From contig NC_134036.1 of the NCBI RefSeq assembly GCF_964204645.1, positions 6,969,881 through 6,986,233 of the forward strand: 16,353 nucleotides of DNA, read 5' to 3'. Shown here piece by piece: positions 7,502 through 16,353 of this stretch (its first letter is position 1; the number at the start of each line of letters is the position of its first letter). Below the pieces are notes generated by a model that was not told where the DNA came from, searched no databases, and saw only the letters and a list, made by a program, of their open reading frames with translations. The DNA is from Tubulanus polymorphus. Its lineage: Eukaryota > Animalia > Nemertea. The position numbers and the translations under genes were made by a program.

Positions 7502-8947
7502 CCCACTTTGCTGCTTATCATGCACTTCATGCTGCCTTGCTTTTGATTCTTTGCGCAGCTTTTGAGCATATGTTGCTAGGCGCGTTTCCACCCGATCCAA
7601 CATGTGGCGTCTAATACCCGATTCCTTGTGTCCACGCTGGAAATCAAAAGTTTCATCAATATGTAGCATGTTATGTCGGGTATGCCGGATTTCTTACTTG
7701 ACGGTGTACATGGAAAGGGAAGTATACGGTGCACAAGGGAAGGGCTAGGGTGAAAAGTTTTCCAAGTAGATGGTGCACAAGGGAAGGGAAGTACGCGGTG
7801 CACAAGGGAAGGGAAGTACGCGGTGCACAAGGGAAGGGCTAGGGTGAAAATTTTTCCAAGTAGATGGTGCACAAGGGAAGGGAAGTACGCGGTGCACAAG
7901 GGAAGGGAAGTACGCGGTGCACAAGGGAAGGGAAGTAGACGGTGCACAAGGGAAGGGAAGTAGACGGTGCACAAGGGAAGGGAAGTACGCGGTGCACAAG
8001 GGAAGGGAAGTACACGGTGCACAAGGGAAGGGAAGTACGCGGTGCACAAGGGAAGGGAAGTACACGGTGCACAAGGGAAGGGTTTAAGGTACAACATCCA
8101 CCGAGTGGAGGGAGGTCCATGCATTTATACTCACGTCGCGAATGAACCTGATTAATCGATTCTTTATTGAATGTACATAGGACTTTAGCGACCCAGGCGT
8201 TTTGCCACTCTCTTTCTCCACCTCCAACCACTCGACTACGTTTGTAGGTGTTATCTTGCCATTACAAAAATCAAGCAAGTGTCGACTGTCGCGCACATAC
8301 GCCTCCGACGTTTTCTCCTCTTCAGCCATTGGCCGAAGCCATGACATGAATTCCTCATCAAATTCTATCGGAAAAATAAGAATTAGGTCATCACGAACAA
8401 ACACATGAGTTAAATATGTAGGACTTACCCTTCTTCATCATGGGATGGACTTTCTTCACTCTTTTAACTTCCTTTCTCTCCTCTTCCTACTCTTCATCAC
8501 TTTCCCCAGTCACCTCCTCCACATCACTTTCATCCGCATTCTCTTCTTCACTGCTATCTCTGTCTTCGGGGCTGGTTTCTTCGACTTCAGAATCTGAACT
8601 TTTATCCGAATCACTGCTCTGATCTAAAGATAAAAATGAAAGACATGGTCATTCATTAACTATTTCATTCGCAAAGTCACTAGCACCTGATGTTACCTCG
8701 TGATAGGCATTTAGTGTGGCTTGATAGCCGTCTGAAGTAAAAACCACATTTACTACATTTAACCATTGATCTGCGCTTATTGTACGGGGCTAGCGTCTTG
8801 TATTGAGATTTTCCGATGTCTTCCTCCGTCCTGCGATTCCAATTTCTCGATCGCACGCGCCCCCACTTATGGACGACTCTTAGGTGTTGCGGCATATGAG
8901 TCTTCGGCCGCGAGCAAATTGGGCAATCCACGTACGTACAGACAATG
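7500..8947 (-). pseudogene. Spliced gene: Zn fingers + acidic linker + tyrosine-recombinase core-binding-like domain, truncated
   Basis: Exons about 8947-8697 (CPIC..HLRVVH; CSKC..HTKC), 8623-8429 (acidic, TAG at 8487-8489), 8364-8135 (FMSWL..TSEAYVRD..VVEWL..TPGSLKSYVHSI) and about 7690-7500 (LDRVETRLATYAQKLRKESKARQH). The GT-AG introns of 73 and 64 nt are both phase 1 and frame-consistent. Confidence 0.7.
7703..8082. repeat. 25-bp purine-rich minisatellite (GGTGCACAAGGGAAGGGAAGTACGC)
   Basis: 13 core copies plus one degenerate copy, with two 44-bp variant units (7728, 7822). It lies in predicted intron 3 of the recombinase-like gene. Confidence 0.95.
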
Positions 8948-11458
8948 CTAAGAATAAGAGACCTTGAAGTTTCGCGTAATTGTTGTGACCTTTAAGGAAA
9001 TCAATATTATTCGGTGGCCGCGAACAAATCTATTGCGCGCGATCACGATCTTCAGCAAGACGTGGAGTCATCCTCGCTAGACACGATAGTTAAAATATCG
9101 GAGTGTATCATGAATTGGTTGCCTTTGAAACGATTCCAGTTGCTTTAATGGGTGTCATTTGTTAATGTAAGTAAAGAATTACGTTTGTGGCCGTTAATGG
9201 TGTATGTTTGCTGCATGTTGACCCAATAAATGTAAAAATACGACTGAATTTGTTTACTTACTTCCGGGTTCGCTGAAACCCGGAAATATTTCCACTTCAA
9301 ATTCTTAACTCAGACCGCGGCCTATATTGAAGTAATTCTGTTAAGATGTCAACCCATAATGAAAAAAAGATTCGTATCAACAGTTAACCGCATTCACCTT
9401 CAGGCCTAGCTCATCGATGGGCCTATTTCATGTATTGAAGTGCAAACTGTCAGATAATTTGACCCGTCCCAGGCTAGTAAATTCCCTCAGTTATTTGTTT
9501 TTTCGGGGCAGTCGAAGCAGGGATGGGTTGTGACCACAATGAATTGTAGTAAGAGTTGTAATATTGTCAGGTAGGCCTAGAGAGTGGGCGATAATCTGAT
9601 AATCTGTGGCAATCGACGCCGTGCGATTATAGTCAATCTAGGCCTAAAGCCTCCAGTACATTTCGTAAGCCCTATCATATTATATATTACAGGTTTTTTT
9701 AAGACAGCAAATGTTTTTCAAAGGGGACAGACAAAGCTATTCAAGTAAGTTTAATCGATCGAACATCTCTAGAGCAATACTAAGAATAAGCTTCGCGCAC
9801 TCATCGTGACCTTTTAGGAAATCGATATTTTTTGGTATCGAAGAAGGGGTTGCGGTTAAAAGTGTTTCATTGCTTTCATCTGCCAACTGCATGTCACTTT
9901 TCGCTGATTTTCTCCTAGAGCCTGTTATATTGATTGAAAGAACATTCAACTCATTAGATAAAAACTTAAGGTACAACCCAGTAATTATTGTAAATAAAAT
10001 TTATATGGTGCAGCTTGCACGAGTGTACCTTAAAAACTGTTAATGCAACTAACATTTTGTAATATTACAATTTAAAACATAAAGGTATCAGCATTTTTTG
10101 CTTTTAATTAATTATATATAAGGTAATACATGTATTTAGTTCGACGCAATTTGTCTATTGTGAAACAATGATTTCAATAAATTCTATGTCTACCACTTGC
10201 TGAAAATGGAATAGTTTTAAATTTGTTGGTATGTTGCATGCAGAGGAAATTAAATGATTAATTAGGCAAAAGAAAAATTAACCAGTCTGTCATCAGATAG
10301 AAATTGTTAGTGATAATTCGATATTTCACCATGTCAAATGCTACCACTTTTGGAACACTATTTTGACTAACAATTGTCCTGTAACAAACTTCAATTTCAC
10401 TCAAGGACAGACTCAAGTTAGTTTGAAAATGAACTTTGAAATAGTCAAGAAACTCACCTTTATAATACAGCTGTCAGAACCACACTTCTTTTACAAAAAC
10501 TTTATCCTGAGACTCATTTCCTTTCACTTATTGTAAATAATTTATACACAGGGTACCCATAATATACGATATGTTAGAGGAATATTTCGATCCAGATACA
10601 TTCTTTATGAATAAAATTACCATCCTGCTATAAATTTGATCCAAGAACCCCAAGTAACCTTTCTTGAATTAGATGGCTAAGAAAGACAAACACAGTCATA
10701 TATAATTTTTGAAAGGTTTTTATTGAAACAACAATATGAATTGAAAATGATGGATGTATAAAAGAAAAAAACAGTCAACATATGTAAAATTAGAGAATTG
10801 ATCAACTTGAATTTTTATCAACTAGTCTTTAACAAACATTCAATGGACATTGTCAAAATAAACTTCACAGCAATTAACAAAATTGATCGGTAAATTGACT
10901 GTCTGCTATAACGAGCAGTATTCCTATTATTGCGAATTATATTTTTCACAAACTATTATATACCGGAGTTTGTTAGAACAACAGTTCCATTGAATTTACA
11001 ATCTTTCAAATACAATTGACTTGATTTTTGGCATTATTTCACAAGGTTACCACCAATTGCGGAATTAAGAAATCATTGCCAATCTTTGCCATAAGTCATT
11101 TTAATTATCAGAGCAACTTTCCAAAATAATAATCAGGGTAGAGTCATAATGTAATGAACAATAGAAATAAATAATAAACATCTAATACAAAATGCTGCAT
11201 AATCACTTACTATGAAGCTTAGCCATTTTTTCTTTAAATGATATCTTTTTCCTCGCTGTACCATAGTAGATCTTTCTTGCAGAACCCAACATGCTGGTAA
11301 CCTTCCCAGCTACCCTGCCCCAGGGCTCGCGGTCTACTGCTTTCTGACCTACAAAAATCAATTAAACAATATATCAATGTATGTTCTAACTATAGGCCTA
11401 AAAATTTCTTTAAATCCATTGACTTACCCCTGTGTTCAACAATTACTGAATCCCTTCA

Positions 11459-12780
11459 ATGATTACGACTAGGTTTGACAATTACAACTTCGTTAAACGA
11501 TTACGACTCCATTCAGCGACTACGACTCCGTTCAACGATTACGACTCCGTTCAGCGACTACGACTCCGTTCAACGATTATGACTCCGTTCAGCGACTACG
11601 ACTCCGTTCAACGATTACGACTCCGTTCAACGATTACGACTCCGTTCAGCGATTACGACTCCGTTCAGCGACTACGTTAAACGATTACGACTCCGTTCAG
11701 CGACTACGACTCCGTTCAACGATTATGACTCCGTTCAGCGACTGCGACTCTGTTCAGCGACTACGACTCCGTTCAACGATTACGACTCCGTTCAGCGACT
11801 ATGACTCCGTTCAGCGACTACGTTAAACGATTACGACTCCGTTCAGCGACTACGACTCTGTTCAACGATTACGACTCCGTTCAGCGACTACGACTCGTTT
11901 AACGATTACGACTCCGTTCAACGATTACGACTCCGTTCAGCGACTCCGACTAGTTTAACGATTACGACTCCGTTCAGCGACTACGACTCTTTTAACGATT
12001 ACGACTCCGTTCAACGATTACGACTCCGTTCAGCGACTACGACTCGTTTAATGATTACGACTCCGTTCAGCGACTACGACTCTTTTAACGATTACGACTC
12101 CGTTCAACGATTACGACTCCGTTCAGCGACTACGACTCGTTTAACGATTACGACTCCGTTCAGCAACTACGACTCGTTTAACGATTACGACTCGTTTAAC
12201 AATTACGACTCCGTTTAACGATTGCGACTCCGTTAAACGATTATGACTCCATTCAGCGACTACGACTCCGTTCAACGATTACGCTTCCATTCAGCGACTA
12301 CAACTCCATTTAACGATTGCGACTCCGTTAAACGATTACGACTCCATTCAGCGACTACGACACCGATCAACGATTACGCTTCCGTTCAGCGACTACGACT
12401 CCGTTCAATGATTACGCTTCCGTTCAGCGACTACGACTTGTTTAACGATTACGACTCCGTTCAGCAACTACGACTCGTTTAACGATTACGACTCGTTTAA
12501 CAATTACGACTCCGTTTAACGATTGCGACTCCGTTAAACGATTATGACTCCATTCAGCGACTACGACTCCGTTCAACGATTACGCTTCCATTCAGCGACT
12601 ACAACTCCATTTAACGATTGCGACTCCGTTAAACGATTACGACTCCATTCAGCGACTACGACACCGTTCAACGATTACGCTTCCGTTCAGCGACTACGAC
12701 TCCGTTCAATGATTACGCTTCCGTTCAGCGACTACGACTCCGTTTAACGATTGCGACTCCGTTAAACGATTACGACTCCG
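11459..12780. repeat. 19-bp CpG-rich minisatellite with alternating variants and a 301-bp higher-order duplication
   Basis: Units CAACGATTACGACTCCGTT / CAGCGACTACGACTCCGTT, roughly 70 copies. Near-identical blocks start at 12243 and 12544. Confidence 0.95.
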
Positions 12781-13947
12781 AAACTTACTCCTGTGTTCAA
12801 CGATTACTGAATCCCTTCATCGATTACGACTCTGCTCAATCCTTTATGACGAACCCGACTATGTTGAATGACAAATCTATTCCGACTATGACAAATACAT
12901 CTACAATTACAAAAAATGTACCAATAGTTATTACCATTTGGAGGCCCGAGAGACCTCAAATGCAAAGGACCTAGGCCTATACATTAATCAAACTACATGT
13001 ATTTGATTCGGTAATTTTACAAGGTCGAAAAGCCGTAAAAGGCTTATACTATATGAAATAGACAGACTTGATAAGCGCCAAGGCTCGAGAAACTATAGTA
13101 GACGTTAGAGGCCTATCACTCGCCCACCTAGACTGCAACAATTTCTAGTTTAGGCCTATATAAGTGTCATGTTTGCTGTCTATGAGAATGGGTTGTTTTG
13201 AAGTTGAAGACATATCACTATTAACACATAAAAGCTCCTGCGTTAAACATAACTCTGTCGAATAAAATTTAATTTTGCTTGATTTTGAATACCATCTTAA
13301 TTTTCACTTCTTTTTTAACAAGGACAGAAATTTCACTTGAATAGAATGAAATCTAATTGATCTCAATCAACTGTTTAAAAAACTTAACAGTAGAAATAAG
13401 CAGTTTAGTGACTATGTGCAATGTAAAAAGACGAAACGTAAAACGATTATTATGGGCGCCAAAAAAAATTTTAATAATTGTGCAAATTTACAGACGAGTG
13501 TCACTTTTTTGACATTATACAATGACAGAGACCCATAAAATTACATAGTTATATAAACTACATACTAATATCTAGTTCGTCACATTTTGTTTTTTTAAGT
13601 TAGGCCTATTGTATGGATAGAAATCGCACATTTGTAGCGGAAAATGTCGAAAATTTTATTTCCGGGTTACGTAATTCAGGATTGACAAAAAACGAGAATG
13701 TTAATAGAAATTCCGAAAATTCTACGAACTAGTGGCGGATGTTTACTAAAAATCTTATCATATTAGGTTCGAATCCCACATTTACTGACGATGTATTCGG
13801 AGCACTCCCGAGTCACTCCAAGTCTGTATCTCACAGCATTAGCACAAAATGGCGCGAAGCTCAGTGCGCGATATCGATTAATACGATCAATAATTGAAGT
13901 TGGCAAGATTATCTAATATAATTTTAATTATCTAATATAATGTCTTT

Positions 13948-14289
13948 GAATGTCATTATATGATTTAGGTACATGTAGGACACAATTTACACTGGTACGA
14001 TTTCCTGAAATAAATGACATTTTTTAGTATTTACGACGAATGTTCATATAATAAAATATATGTAATATAATATATATGTAAAATATATGTAATATAATTT
14101 CAGCATTTATGAATGTAATGATATGATCTAGACAATTTACACAATTTACACTTGTACGATTTTCTGGAATAAATGATATTTCCTTAGTATTTACAATGAA
14201 TGTTCATCTAGTAATATCGAACGTTATATATATCATCTGTGAATGTAGTATGATTCAGGTAGTACACAATTGACATTTGTACGATTTTT
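13948..14289. repeat. Three diverged tandem copies of the PHD-gene 3' end
   Basis: gaatgt..atgat..cacaattKacaYtKgtacgattt at about 13948, 14111 and 14241. Confidence 0.75.
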
Positions 14290-16353
14290 CCCGATCTGTA
14301 GATTTTTAATTGGGCGCTATTGATTCCTACGCATTCACAATGGAACCATCGGCAGCAAGAATCGCACTGAATCAAGTTATTTGTTTTTTTTGTTCTCAAC
14401 GTGGTAAGATCCACGGACCACGCATACATCTTCTTTCTTATTTTTCGTTCCTTTTCGTCTTGTCGACTTGCTCCAATGTTCTTGCGAGGTCTTCTGCAAT
14501 TGTTTTAAGAAATGTATTATGATGTACGTGTAACTATTTGATACAACCCTAGTAAACTATGTGCATGTACATTATTACGTTTAAATCTCATTGTCTTACC
14601 CATTGAAATACTCGATGAACGGCCTTGCAGCGATTCTTGTATGTCATCTACGTGTACATTGCAAATTGATTCTGGAAATGACAGTTCTTTCATCACGCAT
14701 TATTTTTACTAAAGAAACTACTCGTATTGTTAATTAGGTACCTGATCTCTGCTCATTTGGTCTTGCCGACATAACCCGACGTGCCCGAAGCCGTGGTCAA
14801 AAGTTTACGGTGACTTCCATCGTGTCTGAAATGATAGCTATACAACCATATATACTCGTTCTTAAATTTTCAAAAGTCATTTTCAATATGAATCTTATGT
14901 TTTCTCTTACCGGCATTCGGCTCTACAATTGATTCTGCAATTACTTTCTTGGTAGACTCTGAAATGAAAAACTATTAGATATGATTCTCAGTTTTTGATT
15001 TCTTTATATTTAATCAACTTGATGGTTATTTCTTTTTTATTGAATTGTTAAGGTATTTTACCTGCGCTCGGTGCTTCAAATGACATTTGTTCAGGAGACA
15101 CGGGTGTTTTACTTGCACCACTCGGTGCTTCAAATGACATTTGTTCAGGAGACTCTGAAATAATAATTATTCAATATAATTCTCTGTTTTTTTGGTCGTT
15201 ACGTTAACAAATATTTTATATATTCATATATTTTGATAGTTCGGCATTTTCTAACCTGCTCTCTGTCTAGCCAATTCCATCGATTCCATCGTCTTCTTTG
15301 GATCTTGGACGTCCCGAAGTCGTGGCTCAGAATTTTCTGGAAAAAAAATATTTCTTCGTTTACGATTGAACGGTGATAGAATTTCCGCTCATTTCGAACA
15401 ACATACATTCCAGCGAATAATCCGTCGACTAGTTTGGTTGGTATTTGAGAAAGCGGAATTACTGCCGACGATACATTACTTCCCCCGATTCTCGAATGTC
15501 GCCCACAACGTCCCCCATCTCCAAAACCCCATCCTTCAGTTTTTTCTCGCTTATCGTTATAGTCGATTGCCTTGCCCGCATTTCGGCGCTCAGTGCTCTT
15601 ATTCCAACGGCAAGACAGCGCTCTTGTTTGCCGTTTAGTGAATGATGAGTGATAGCTATGATTCTATGAAGCTGAAAACGTCCGAAAGAATATACAATAT
15701 GTGATGAATATACTGTGGTTTGAGTAATGTTGTCATTAGATTTAGACATAAATACACACAAGTTTACCTCTTGTTTGCTGAAATGTGCTGGGGCATCCGC
15801 TAAGGTGCTGAGTAAGGTGTTTTCATACCTAATGTCGACCCCAAACACCTGATGGGCTTGATAACCTCTTGGCACGACAGACTCACGTAGGAAAGATTCC
15901 AACCCTTCAGAGCAACACAAATCCGTAAGATTTAATTGTGTAAGAAACTAAAAAAAAATGTGACAAGCTTTTAAAGGTCATTCTGCTCACACATACAGAT
16001 GCTTACGATTAGTTAAGAAGGCATAACTTACCAACTCTGTTAGGGCGAACAAGCAACCATAATTTTTTTGCAATTCTGGGGTCTTCGATGCCCGTAGCTT
16101 CGGCCCAGCGGCTGCACGTGCGTCTAATGTCACTGATATCAATTGACGATAGGCTCGGGATATTTTTTCCCGCATTTGACATGGCTGAATCTATGTCCAC
16201 TGACGGGGTTTTCAACGAACCATTAGTCAACGGTAATACAGTCAACCTGCTTATTTCGCGGAGACTAGAATATAAAAGAAAATATAGCTGCAAAGCAGCG
16301 ATAACGGGTTTCTGCCTTGCCGGGTTAGACACCGTACCAGGAAGGTTGCAAAA
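14255..16353 (-). pseudogene. Multi-exon pseudogene: tyrosine-recombinase-like segment, low-complexity linker, C-terminal PHD finger
   Basis: Symmetric phase-1 GT-AG exons 15336-15256, 15154-15062, 14958-14911, 14825-14742 and 14671-14600. The last exon, from 14493, encodes DVCVVRG / LIQCDSCCRWFHCECVGI / KSYKCQLC across frameshifts. The 5' exon has LYSSLR..LTNG..IDISDIRRTCS; the recombinase call is tentative. Confidence 0.65.

Noticed and set aside
7191-7569. ORFs 7191-7397, 7265-7453, 7351-7569
   Set aside because: Translations of the 45-bp terminal array and the microsatellite.
7576-8231. ORFs 7576-8124, 7745-8074, 7839-8231, 7942-8145, 7967-8155
   Set aside because: Artefacts of the stop-free 25-bp repeat, open in several frames on both strands.
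8202-8951. Plus-strand ORFs 8202-8408, 8440-8622, 8766-8951
   Set aside because: Antisense shadows of the minus-strand exons; the Ser-rich ORF mirrors the acidic exon.
11459-12780. CRISPR array or coding ORFs (11459, 12243, 12544)
   Set aside because: Units are contiguous with no unique spacers and no cas genes. The ORFs are translations of a non-triplet 19-bp repeat.
14310-16175. ORFs 14310-14522, 15199-15408, 15366-15638, 15445-15645, 15987-16175
   Set aside because: Antisense or off-frame overlaps of the spliced minus-strand gene.

Overview
Eukaryotic, probably invertebrate, genomic DNA made of nested, decaying mobile elements. (1) About 1031-7471 is the right part of a Polinton/Maverick (adintovirus-like) endogenous DNA virus. 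It carries a 5'-truncated rve integrase run in frame into the minor capsid (penton) gene, a small basic core-like protein, the major capsid protein, an adenain protease and a divergent pair of triple-RING-like Cys-rich genes. It ends with a YY1/E-box repeat array and the canonical ACTACT terminus at 7466-7471. pPolB and the packaging ATPase are not in the window. (2) The terminus abuts a (GTAT)n microsatellite that cuts off an intron-containing minus-strand gene (about 8947->7500): zinc fingers, an acidic linker and a tyrosine-recombinase core-binding-like domain. (3) 11459-12780 is a 19-bp minisatellite bracketed by a 49-bp direct repeat. (4) 16353->14255 is a second spliced minus-strand pseudogene with a tyrosine-recombinase-like segment, five symmetric phase-1 exons and a terminal PHD finger whose last Cys pair is triplicated. 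All family assignments are from motif recognition by eye; no searches were run.
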